NCBI GenBank assembly: GCA_913020725.1
Contig: CAJWCD010000078.1
Location: 1 to 17,511 of the forward strand
Length of the DNA: 17,511 nt
Direction: 5' to 3'
Origin: an uncultured Pseudomonadota bacterium
GTDB lineage: Bacteria > SAR324 > NAC60-12
Position numbers and translations under genes: made by a program. The notes below the pieces were generated by a model. That model searched no databases. It was not told the DNA's origin and was given only the letters and a program-made list of their open reading frames with translations. The stretch's first letter is position 1; every line of letters starts with the position of its first letter. Shown piece by piece: positions 8,338 through 16,217 of the stretch.

Positions 8338-9761
8338 AACTCGCCTGCCCCATCCTTGCTGCTGAACTTGCCGAAGCAGTAGCGGGCACCCTTGTCAACG
8401 CTTCCGGGACAGAAAAAATCGTCTCGCTCAGCCACGATTCCCGGACTTTAGAGTCGGGCGATTGGTTTCTGGCGTTGCGGGGTGATGCGTTTGATGGGCA
8501 CGATTTCATTCCGAAAGTAGTCGGCAAAAAACCGGGCGGCGTGATCCTCGATCCAGAGCGGTTTTCTGCGAATGAGCTTCCGCCAAACCTGCCGTGCCTG
8601 AGCGTGAGCGATCCCAATCAGGCACTGCTCGTTTGGGGGGGACTGCTCCGGGAGCGGTTTTCCGGGCAGGTGTTGGCCATCACGGGCAGCAACGGCAAGA
8701 CCACCAGCAAGGATTTGCTCGGCAGTTTATGTCGTTCGCTCGACTCCAACACCTACGCAACCAAGGGCAACCTCAATAACCTCTACGGGGTGCCTTTGAC
8801 TCTGCTGGCCGCACCGCTCAAGGCGCCGTGGTGGGTGCTGGAGTTGGGCACCAATCAGTTTGGCGAAATCCCAACCCTCTCCCGTATGGTCCGTCCGGCG
8901 GGAGGGATTCTCACAAACATTGGTGAGAGTCACTTGGAATTTCTGGGTAGCACGGAAGGGGTAGCCCGCGAAAAATCTGGACTATTTTCCGGAATGGCAC
9001 CGGGGTCTGTGGTGGTCACTCACGCACACACCAAGCACTTGGGGATCTTGCAGAAAATCGCGGCTCAGCACAACGTGCGGTTGTTGACGTGGTGTTGGGA
9101 AACCGAACCCAGCAATGCAGGCACGGAGACGGTAGCACTGCTTGCCCGTGATTCTTCCGGAACCGACTTTCGTTTGTGTGACACCAAGTTCTCTTGTCCA
9201 CTCAGCAACCCGCTTCAAGTGCAAAACTTGATCGGGCCGCTGCTCCTGCTGGTGGAGCAAGGTATTTCTGTTACCAAACTCCGGAACGCCGTTTCTGGAC
9301 TGCAAATCGCGCCGCCCGGACGGTTTCATGTCCGGGAACAAGCCGACTGGACGCTGATTGACGACACCTACAACGCCAACCCCTCCTCCTTCCAGGCCGT
9401 GGCTGAAGTCGTGGCAACCCTCTATCCAGATCGTCGTAAAATCGCCGTTGTGGGCCGCATGGCGGAACTGGGCCGACACAGCCCGGAGTTGCACCGAAAA
9501 GTGGGGGCATTGCTTGCCGCCTCCGGATTCGAGCAGCTCCTGACCTTTGGCGAAGACGATTCGCCGTTTTACACCGAAGGCTGGCGCACCGCCTCTCATC
9601 TTGCGAAATCCACCCAGCACTTCACCGATTTTACTGAATTGGCAGAAGCGTTTTCGCAACTCCGAAACCCTGGAGATGTCGTCCTTGTCAAAGGCTCCCG
9701 CTCCGCAGGCATGGAACGCTTTGTCCAGTCGGTTTCCGAAACCACTGAAACCCCTTTCTGA
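8334..9761 (+). CDS. murF: UDP-N-acetylmuramoyl-tripeptide--D-Ala-D-Ala ligase
   Basis: DSR, ALRGDAFDGHDF, AITGSNGKTTSK P-loop, GNLNNLYGVPLTL, ELGTNQ, TNIGESHLEF, LIDDTYNANPSS, MAELG, VLVKGSRSAGME. ATGA overlap with the batD stop. Confidence 0.95.
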   Translation: MKLACPILAAELAEAVAGTLVNASGTEKIVSLSHDSRTLESGDWFLALRGDAFDGHDFIPKVVGKKPGGVILDPERFSANELPPNLPCLSVSDPNQALLVWGGLLRERFSGQVLAITGSNGKTTSKDLLGSLCRSLDSNTYATKGNLNNLYGVPLTLLAAPLKAPWWVLELGTNQFGEIPTLSRMVRPAGGILTNIGESHLEFLGSTEGVAREKSGLFSGMAPGSVVVTHAHTKHLGILQKIAAQHNVRLLTWCWETEPSNAGTETVALLARDSSGTDFRLCDTKFSCPLSNPLQVQNLIGPLLLLVEQGISVTKLRNAVSGLQIAPPGRFHVREQADWTLIDDTYNANPSSFQAVAEVVATLYPDRRKIAVVGRMAELGRHSPELHRKVGALLAASGFEQLLTFGEDDSPFYTEGWRTASHLAKSTQHFTDFTELAEAFSQLRNPGDVVLVKGSRSAGMERFVQSVSETTETPF

Positions 9762-9769
9762 GAAAACTC

Positions 9770-10793
9770 ATGATCACGGTTTATTCGGAAAAACACCGGT
9801 TGCACGATGCGAAAACCTAGCTTTACGGTGGGACGCTCGTGCCTTCTTATGAAAGACCTTCCCGCGCCGAGATTGTTTTGCACCGGGTGCAGAGCGGCAA
9901 CTGGGTGAGGTGATCACCCCCAAGGAATTTGGCCGGGACCCTGTTTTGACGTTGCACGATGCAGGGTTCGTGGAGTTCCTGCGCGTGGCGTGGGACGAGT
10001 GCTCCAAGACGGAATACGAAGGCGAGGGCATCCCCACCTGCTGGCCTGCGCGTCGGATGACCCAGCGTATACCGACCTTCATCGAAGGCAAGATGGGCCA
10101 CTACTCGCTGTCCTCGGAAACCTCCATCAGCTCAGGCACCTGGGAAGCCTCGGTGGCGAGCAAGGATGTGGCGTTGACGGGGCCGAATTGCTCCAGCAAG
10201 GCGATGAGCAGGCCGTGTTCTCGCTCTGGCCTCCCGGACACCATGCGGCCTCTGACATGTACGGAGGCTACTGTTTTCTGAACAACGCCGCCATTGCCGC
10301 GCAGTGGTTCCGGGATCACGGAGCGCGACGCGTCGCCGTCCTCGACATTGACTTTCACCACGGCAACGGCACTCAGGATATCTTCTACGAACGCGAGAAT
10401 GTGCTGTACCTCTCTTTGTATGGCGACCCCCGCGAGGCCTTCCCCCACTTCTCTGGATATCTGGAGGAAACCGGACAAGGCGCTGGAGAAGGCACCACCT
10501 TCAACCGCCCCATGCTTCCCGGAACGAGGTTCGAAGCGTGGTGCAACACACTCAAGGAAGCGCTGGAAAAGCTTGACCAATTCGGAGCCGAAACGATTGT
10601 GGTCTCCCTCGGAGTGGGCACCTTCGAGCAAGATCCGATCAGCTTCTTCAAGTTGAAGTCCGATGATTTTCTGACCACCGGCAAACTGATCGCCGAATTG
10701 CAGCGGCCCACGCTTTTCGTCATGGAAGGTGGTTACGACATTGAGGAGTTGGGCATCAACACCGTCAATGTGCTGCAAGGGTTCGAGGGGTGA
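9770..10793 (+). pseudogene. aphA: Acetylpolyamine amidohydrolase / histone deacetylase-family pseudogene
   Basis: ATG 9770 gives MITVYSEKHRLHDAKT*LYGGTLVPSYERPSRAE with in-frame TAG at 9818-9820. Frameshift at about 9892 into ORF 9910 (HDAGFVEFL...ETSISSGTWEA) and at about 10180 into ORF 9990 (PPGHHA, GGYCFLNNAA, LDIDFHHGNGTQDIFY, FEQDPISFFKL, MEGGY). Colinear with the Mycoplana-type APAH sequence as I recall it. Confidence 0.92.
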
Positions 10794-10899
10794 GCTCAGG
10801 GAACCAAAGCAAAAGTGGTTTTCAGGTTGATTTTTAATGAGCAGACAGATTAGCCTAGAACTGCTTTTAACCAACCCGTCATTTTAAGCAGGAAGCATC

Positions 10900-11712
10900 A
10901 TGTCCAGACTTTTGGAAGCCGACATTCAGGAATTTCAGCAAGCGGGGGCGATTGTCCTGCGCGGAGTGTTCACCGAATGGGTGGACACGCTACGCAAGGG
11001 GGTGGACCGCAACATGGCCGCTCCCGGAGAATTCAGCAAAACCTACACGACGGAAGGTGACGTCGGAAATTTCTTTGGCGACTATTGCAACTGGGATCGC
11101 ATTCCGGAATATCGCAGTTTCTTCTTTGATTCACCCGCCGGAGAAATCGCCGCAGACCTGATGCAATCGCAAACAGCGCGCATCTTCCACGAACACGTTC
11201 TGGTCAAGGAACCCGGAACCTCCAACCCAACTCCGTGGCACCACGACCAGCCCTACTACTGTGTGAACGGCAAGCAGGTGGTGAGTTTCTGGATTCCCTT
11301 GGACACCGTGCCCCAAGCCACCTGTCCGGAGTTTGTCTCTGGCTCCCACGCATGGGGGAAGTGGTTCCTGCCCCGCAAGTTCAGCGGGGTTGATTTCAAC
11401 CACACTGAGGAATGGCTGGAGCCGATTCCGGACATCGAAAACCAGCGCGAGGATTACGACATCCGCTCATGGGATCTGGAACCCGGAGACGCCATTGCCT
11501 TCCACTACCTCACCGTGCATGGCGCTCCGCCGAACAAGTCCAAGACGCTGCGACGCCGGGGTTTTGCTGCCCGTTGGCTGGGGGACGACACCACCTACGC
11601 CCAACGTTCCGGAGATATGTCCCCGCCGTTTCCCGGTTTGGAAAAACGCCTCAACGTGGGCGATCCGCTGGACGCGGACGAGTTCCCACAAATTTGGCCC
11701 CGGAACGGATGA
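10900..11712 (+). CDS. Phytanoyl-CoA dioxygenase (PhyH)-family Fe(II)/2-oxoglutarate dioxygenase
   Basis: LVKEPG, TPWHHDQPY (HxD), SFWIPLD, FVSGSH, LEPGDAIAFH, TVHGA, RRGF; AGGA ribosome-binding site upstream. Confidence 0.9.
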   Translation: MSRLLEADIQEFQQAGAIVLRGVFTEWVDTLRKGVDRNMAAPGEFSKTYTTEGDVGNFFGDYCNWDRIPEYRSFFFDSPAGEIAADLMQSQTARIFHEHVLVKEPGTSNPTPWHHDQPYYCVNGKQVVSFWIPLDTVPQATCPEFVSGSHAWGKWFLPRKFSGVDFNHTEEWLEPIPDIENQREDYDIRSWDLEPGDAIAFHYLTVHGAPPNKSKTLRRRGFAARWLGDDTTYAQRSGDMSPPFPGLEKRLNVGDPLDADEFPQIWPRNG

Positions 11713-11725
11713 CCCGTCGGCTCAC

Positions 11726-12022
11726 ATGACAACCCGCTTGGGCCTGAAAGGGCTGTCTTTGCTCCTGCCTTGCCTCACCGCGTGTGAGGCGGAACCTCCA
11801 CCGACCCTCAAGTACGAAGCCCCCACCGTCGCACAACTCGCCCACGTTCGACAGGTTTGCGGCAATCTCGATGTCAGTCATTTTCTGGTGAAGGATCGAA
11901 CCGTTTGGGTTCGGGAACGTCACCACACGGAACTGCTCAAACTGGAGCATTACGTTTCCTATCTCCCCGATGGCCACTACAACTGCACGGCCATTCCCAC
12001 CCAAGCCTCCCGATTGGAATAG
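11726..12022 (+). CDS. Hypothetical small lipoprotein (98 aa)
   Basis: ATG 11726 in the frame of ORF 11333..12022 gives MTTRLGLKGLSLLLPCLTACEAEPPP..., with a basic N-terminus, hydrophobic stretch and LTAC lipobox. It fills the gap between phyH and waaF. Confidence 0.65.
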   Translation: MTTRLGLKGLSLLLPCLTACEAEPPPTLKYEAPTVAQLAHVRQVCGNLDVSHFLVKDRTVWVRERHHTELLKLEHYVSYLPDGHYNCTAIPTQASRLE

Positions 12023-12025
12023 GCC

Positions 12026-13006
12026 GTGCGTATCGTCATTCGGACCCCCAATTGGCTGGGTGACCTCGTGATGGCCACACCGTTTATCCGGGTGGTGCTG
12101 GAGCAGTTTCCGGAAGCGCAGGTGGACTTGATCGTGCGCAAAGGACTGGAAACCCTGCCGCTGCCGTTGCGGGGAGAAATCAAGGTGTTCGACCGCAAAA
12201 CCGAATCCGCCCGCCAGTTTGGGCAAAAACTCCGATCCGCAGCGTATGATCGTTTTTATGTGCTGCCCCCCAGTTTTTCCTCGGCGTGGATGGCGTGGAG
12301 CAGTGGAGTCCCAGCGCGTATCGGCTATCGAGGGGAAGGTCGGCGCTGGCTGCTCACGCATCCGATCCAGCGGCGGCACCCGCTGCGCACTCAGCACTTG
12401 GTGAGTGAATACCTCGACCTGTTCGAACAGGGGTTGGCTTTGGAGGATCACCCGCCCCGGATCACCCCGGAAACCGCTTGGGTGGATCAGCAACTCAGCC
12501 ACATCACGCCTCAACTCCCGGAGCGTTATGCAGTGCTGGCTCCGGCAGCCGAATACGGCCCGGCCAAGCAGTGGCCGCTGGCGCATTACCGCAGTTTGGC
12601 TCAGGAACTTGACCTGCCTGTGATCGTAACCGGACTCGCGCAAGATCGGGTGCTCGGCGAGCAAATCGGTGCCGACCTCTCCCATGTCCGAAATCTCTGC
12701 GGGGAGAGCAACCTTGCCGAATTGACCGCATTACTCCAACGTGCGGATTTGCTTGTGTGCAATGATTCCGGCGCCATGCATCTTGGAGCTGCGTTGGGAA
12801 TTCCCACCCTGGGCCTGTTTGGCTCGTCGTCTCCGGCATGGACCCGCCCCATCGGGCCGAAGGCGTTGCACCTTTCCCTTGGAGTCGAGTGCTCCCCTTG
12901 CTTTGAGCGGACTTGCCGATTCCAGCACTACGACTGCCTGCAAAACCTGACTCCCGTGCTGGTGAAAAAAACCGTGGCGGAATTGCGAAGCCTCTCAGAA
13001 AATTGA
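12026..13006 (+). CDS. waaF: Lipopolysaccharide heptosyltransferase II (GT9)
   Basis: PNWLGDLVMATP, LPPSFSSA, RIGY, APAAEYGPAKQWP, NLCGESNL, NDSGAMHLGAALG, CSPCFERTC. Confidence 0.92.
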   Translation: MRIVIRTPNWLGDLVMATPFIRVVLEQFPEAQVDLIVRKGLETLPLPLRGEIKVFDRKTESARQFGQKLRSAAYDRFYVLPPSFSSAWMAWSSGVPARIGYRGEGRRWLLTHPIQRRHPLRTQHLVSEYLDLFEQGLALEDHPPRITPETAWVDQQLSHITPQLPERYAVLAPAAEYGPAKQWPLAHYRSLAQELDLPVIVTGLAQDRVLGEQIGADLSHVRNLCGESNLAELTALLQRADLLVCNDSGAMHLGAALGIPTLGLFGSSSPAWTRPIGPKALHLSLGVECSPCFERTCRFQHYDCLQNLTPVLVKKTVAELRSLSEN

Positions 13007-13007
13007 G

Positions 13008-13036
13008 TTGCGTCCGTCTCTTGGCTTCGCTATGCT
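13008..13036 (+). promoter_or_regulatory. Sigma70-type promoter of tRNA-Leu
   Basis: TTGCGT (13008-13013), 17 bp, TATGCT (13031-13036), 10 bp before the tRNA 5' end. Confidence 0.6.
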
Positions 13037-13046
13037 GACACGTTAA

Positions 13047-13133
13047 GCCGTTGTGGCGGAATTGGTAGACGCGCTAGGTTCAGGTCCTAGTGTCCGCAAG
13101 GGCGTGGGTGTTCGAGTCACCCCAACGGCACCA
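13047..13133 (+). tRNA. tRNA-Leu (anticodon CAG)
   Basis: Acceptor GCCGTTG/CAACGGC, D-loop GGAATTGGTAGAC, anticodon arm CTAGG-TTCAGGT-CCTAG, long variable arm (GTCC GCAA GGGC), T-arm GGGTG-TTCGAGT-CACCC, encoded ACCA end. Confidence 0.97.
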
Positions 13134-13136
13134 AGT

Positions 13137-13175
13137 ATCTGATTATTCTGAATACAATCAGATGTTTGCTTTTCT
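13137..13175. terminator. Possible terminator hairpin between tRNA-Leu and the convergent methyltransferase gene
   Basis: ATCTGATT (13137-13144) / AATCAGAT (13156-13163) inverted repeat followed by GTTTGCTTTTTC. The stem is AT-rich and therefore weak. Confidence 0.4.
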
Positions 13176-13196
13176 GATTTTCCTTCCCTGCCAGCA

Positions 13197-13982
13197 TCAT
13201 CTCCGAAACGCAGAAAACAAGAAGCGGTTGACGCAGAAGAAGAAACTTCCGGACTGACTGCGCTGCTGTAAATCATCGAGCCAAAGGCGGGCCTCGGTCT
13301 CGTTGATCGCACTGTTTTGGCGAGCAGTTTCTGCAAATCCCTGTATGATGTCGTAGGCAAAGCCACCCGGATCGTAATCGGTGTTGATAATAGGAATCGC
13401 CACTGTCCGGATGTCCGAGAAGCCCTGCGCTTTGAGGAGAGGAATCAAATGCACCGGGAGGTTTGGATTCGCCACCGTTGCATCCCACGCCGCGAAGATA
13501 CGCCGCGTGAGCACATCGTCCGCGCTCCCCAACACCACGCATCGCCAGTCAGTCTCCACGAGAGCAACCCGGCCTCCGGGCTTGAGAACCCGGTGGATTT
13601 CGGCAAGCACCTGCGCAAGGTCTGGAACGTAAAGCAGTACTTGTGTGCAGGAAACCACGTCAAGCGTTTGATCCGTCACAGGCAATCGGCTGGCCTCCCC
13701 CAGCCGGAACTCGGTTTGCGACAGTTCGGCGCAGCGTTGTTGCGTGTGACGGAGCATCGCTGGATTCTGGTCAATGCCTAGCACTCGTCCGGAGGCACCG
13801 ACCTGCAATGCCATGTCGTGAGCCAGAAACCCCACACCACAGCCAATATCAAGTGCGTGTTCCCCCGATTTCAGCGACAACGCCTCCAGCGTCCGCAAGC
13901 GCTGCCGCACAATCTCCGGAAGTCGATAGCTGAGTTCAAGATCGCGGGCTGCGGCTTCCTGATCAGGAGAAATTGGCTTCAT
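13197..13982 (-). CDS. Class I SAM-dependent methyltransferase (UbiE-like)
   Basis: ALDIGCGVG motif I, VLGIDQN, EASRLP, VLLYVPD, EIHRVLKPGGRV, ETDW. Start ATG 13982 (or GTG 14006). Confidence 0.88.
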   Translation of the reverse strand: MKPISPDQEAAARDLELSYRLPEIVRQRLRTLEALSLKSGEHALDIGCGVGFLAHDMALQVGASGRVLGIDQNPAMLRHTQQRCAELSQTEFRLGEASRLPVTDQTLDVVSCTQVLLYVPDLAQVLAEIHRVLKPGGRVALVETDWRCVVLGSADDVLTRRIFAAWDATVANPNLPVHLIPLLKAQGFSDIRTVAIPIINTDYDPGGFAYDIIQGFAETARQNSAINETEARLWLDDLQQRSQSGSFFFCVNRFLFSAFRR

Positions 13983-14015
13983 TTCCAAGCATAAAGGAGA
14001 TGGCACTAGATGGGG

Positions 14016-15746
14016 TTATTCTTGTGTGCGAAGATTAGCCGTGGCCTCCAGATCGAGGTCGGTTTTTCCTTCCTCAAAGACCACCCCAAAGCGTTCAACG
14101 GCCTGTTCCGAAGTGTAGTAGCCGCGCTGCACATCGCGCTGCACCAAGGCGGGATTGCGTTCCCAAGCTGGACCGTAACCACCACCACCGGGTGTAGAGA
14201 CGCTAATCGTGTCTCCGACTTCGATGGGAATGCCCTGATCCTTGGAGAGGTGCGGAGGGATGTAGGTTTCATTGCTGCGCTCGATGCGGACTTGGTTGAC
14301 CCCACCGTCCTCGCCGCCCAACACTCCTTGCGGACCGACCCGTCCGTGATCCATCACCATCGAGGCCCGAGCGGTTCCTCGCCGCAACCGCACCTTGTAA
14401 TTCACACCAAAACCTCCGCGCTGCTGGCCTGCGCCTCCTGAGCCTTCGTGTAAGGAATACTCATCGAATAACACCGGATAATACTGCTCCATCACTTCAA
14501 TGGGCGTGGTCTTGGAGATGCCGATGGTGGAGCAGCCGTTGGAAAGCCCATCGCCATTGACGTTGCCCCCGTAGCCTCCGCCGCTGATGACATACATGAT
14601 ATAGTTGCGCTGCTTCTCCGGATCAAACCCGCCCAAGCAGAAGTTGCCGCTCGTGCCCGCAGGCGCAGCGAAAAGCTGTTCCGGAATGGCGTTCACAAGC
14701 GCGCTGAACACGGCCTCGGCGATACGCTGGCTGACCTCGGCGGCGCATCCGGACACGGGGCGTGGGTACTTTGCGTAGAGGAAGGTGCCCTCTGGTTCCT
14801 TGATGTGCAACGGTTCAAAGGTTCCCGCGTTGATGGGCACCTCCGGAAAGATATGCTTCATCGCCAAGTAGATCGAGGACTTGGTGGTGGCGATCACACT
14901 GTTCATCGGCCCAAGGCAGGGTGGGCTCGATTTCGACATGTCAAAATACAACTCCCCCTCCTGCTTGCGAATCTGCATGTCAATGTACAAGGGTTCGTCC
15001 ACCACCCCATCCGAATCGACAATCGCCTCCCCGTGATACTCCCCGTCCGGAATTTGCTGAATACGCGCACGCATCTGCTGAGCCGCGCGGGATTTCAACT
15101 CGACAATCGCTTGGTTGATCGCCTCGGCTCCGTAGCGTTCGATGAGCGCGGTGAAACGTTTTTCTCCCACGGTGAGTGCTGAGGCTTGGGCCTTGATGTC
15201 GCCAATGCGTTGATCAGCGATCCGGATGTTGGAGAGAATGATCGAGAGGATTTCATCGTCCAACTGCCCGCCCTTGTAGAGCTTCACGGGCGGCAGGCGC
15301 AGCCCCTCCTGCTCGACCTCGGTGGCATTTGCGGAAAACCCGCCGGGCACCGCACCGCCCGTGTCCGGCCAGTGTCCGGTGTTGGCGAGCCACGCGAACA
15401 ACTCTCCCTTGTAGAAGAAGGGTTTGACGAAACGCACGTCCATCAGGTGGGTGCCGCCAAGGTAGGGATCATTGACGATGTACACGTCGCCGGGTTGTAA
15501 GTTCTTCGCCCGCTCAATCACATGCTGGGTGCCGAACTGCATCGTGCCCACAAAAATCGGAAGCCCCAACTCCCCCTGCGCGATCAGTTCTCCCGTGTCT
15601 TTGTGGTAAATGCCGTCGGAGCGGTCCAGTGCCTCCGAGATCACCGGGCTGAAGGCCGAACGCACGAAGGCGAGGTCCATTTCGTTGCAGACCTGCTGCA
15701 GGCCGCTCTGGAGAACGGCGAGGGTGACGGGATCAAGGGTGGACAT
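14016..15746 (-). CDS. Hydantoinase B / oxoprolinase-family protein (HyuB-like)
   Basis: MSTLDPVTLAV, RSAFSPVISE, PGDVYIVNDPYLGGTHLMD, HWPDTGG, QEGLRLPPVKL, PDGEY, PINAG, GSGGAGQQRGG, TPGGGGYG. ATG at 15746. Confidence 0.93.
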   Translation of the reverse strand: MSTLDPVTLAVLQSGLQQVCNEMDLAFVRSAFSPVISEALDRSDGIYHKDTGELIAQGELGLPIFVGTMQFGTQHVIERAKNLQPGDVYIVNDPYLGGTHLMDVRFVKPFFYKGELFAWLANTGHWPDTGGAVPGGFSANATEVEQEGLRLPPVKLYKGGQLDDEILSIILSNIRIADQRIGDIKAQASALTVGEKRFTALIERYGAEAINQAIVELKSRAAQQMRARIQQIPDGEYHGEAIVDSDGVVDEPLYIDMQIRKQEGELYFDMSKSSPPCLGPMNSVIATTKSSIYLAMKHIFPEVPINAGTFEPLHIKEPEGTFLYAKYPRPVSGCAAEVSQRIAEAVFSALVNAIPEQLFAAPAGTSGNFCLGGFDPEKQRNYIMYVISGGGYGGNVNGDGLSNGCSTIGISKTTPIEVMEQYYPVLFDEYSLHEGSGGAGQQRGGFGVNYKVRLRRGTARASMVMDHGRVGPQGVLGGEDGGVNQVRIERSNETYIPPHLSKDQGIPIEVGDTISVSTPGGGGYGPAWERNPALVQRDVQRGYYTSEQAVERFGVVFEEGKTDLDLEATANLRTQE

Positions 15747-15822
15747 AACGAAAATTTCTGGGTGGTGGGCCGGACCGGAAGCAAGGATCACCAAAGGCTC
15801 TGCGCATGCCTGTATTTCCGGA

Positions 15823-15842
15823 TTTGATCATCCTTGGTCAAA
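15823..15842. promoter_or_regulatory. Candidate operator palindrome upstream of the hydantoinase B gene
   Basis: TTTGATCA-TCCT-TGGTCAAA, with 7 of 8 positions symmetric. The TGGTCA half-site recurs at 15912-15917 and 15925-15930. Confidence 0.5.
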
Positions 15843-15902
15843 AGCACCGCATTTTCCGCCCGTGCTGTTGCAACGATGATTTGCCCCGCGCATCTTCATT
15901 TC

Positions 15903-15931
15903 ATCTTAATGTGGTCACTTAAAGTGGTCAA
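15903..15931 (-). promoter_or_regulatory. Sigma70-type promoter for hydantoinase B-methyltransferase, overlapped by a GTGGTCA direct repeat
   Basis: Minus strand TTGACC (15931-15926), 17 bp, TAAGAT (15908-15903). Confidence 0.6.
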
Positions 15932-15953
15932 CTGAATTCCGGGTCTTCGCTTT

Positions 15954-16036
15954 ACTCCGCCCGGTATGACGGCGTTGAATCTACAATTCTAGGAAATGCT
16001 CTAGAAATCGCCATAGAGCATCATACCGTCCGGAGT
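15954..16036. other. Unassigned 83-bp inverted-repeat / structured element
   Basis: ACTCCGccCGGTATGA (15954-15969) pairs with TCATACCGtcCGGAGT (16021-16036) at 14 of 16 positions; internal stems also present. Confidence 0.6.
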
Positions 16037-16217
16037 TGGTAGTCTCCCTCTTGAGCGTTGGTGTCTGCTTCCAGCAAAATTTATCCTGCAAAGTGTTGGG
16101 ATTCTGCCAGTAGACGGCGTTTTCTGATATGGTTTCTCCGGCTTCCCGTGATTTTCACCGATTTTCAGAGGAACAACACCCCAGAGGGACTACCCAACAT
16201 CGGAGATTCAGTAAATT

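Noticed and set aside
9818..9820. In-frame TAG in aphA as pyrrolysine or stop-codon recoding
   Set aside because: The position is normally Glu (one change, GAG to TAG), and the gene also has two frameshifts and has lost a metal ligand.
13047..13200. tRNA-Leu as attachment site of an integrated element
   Set aside because: No integrase and no duplicated tRNA 3' end seen in the window; adjacent genes look host-like in composition.
15949..16041. Inverted-repeat element as an integron attC site
   Set aside because: Ends GCTTTAC and GTTGGTA fit RYYYAAC/GTTRRRY poorly, the spacer region is largely paired, and no cassette array or integrase is present.
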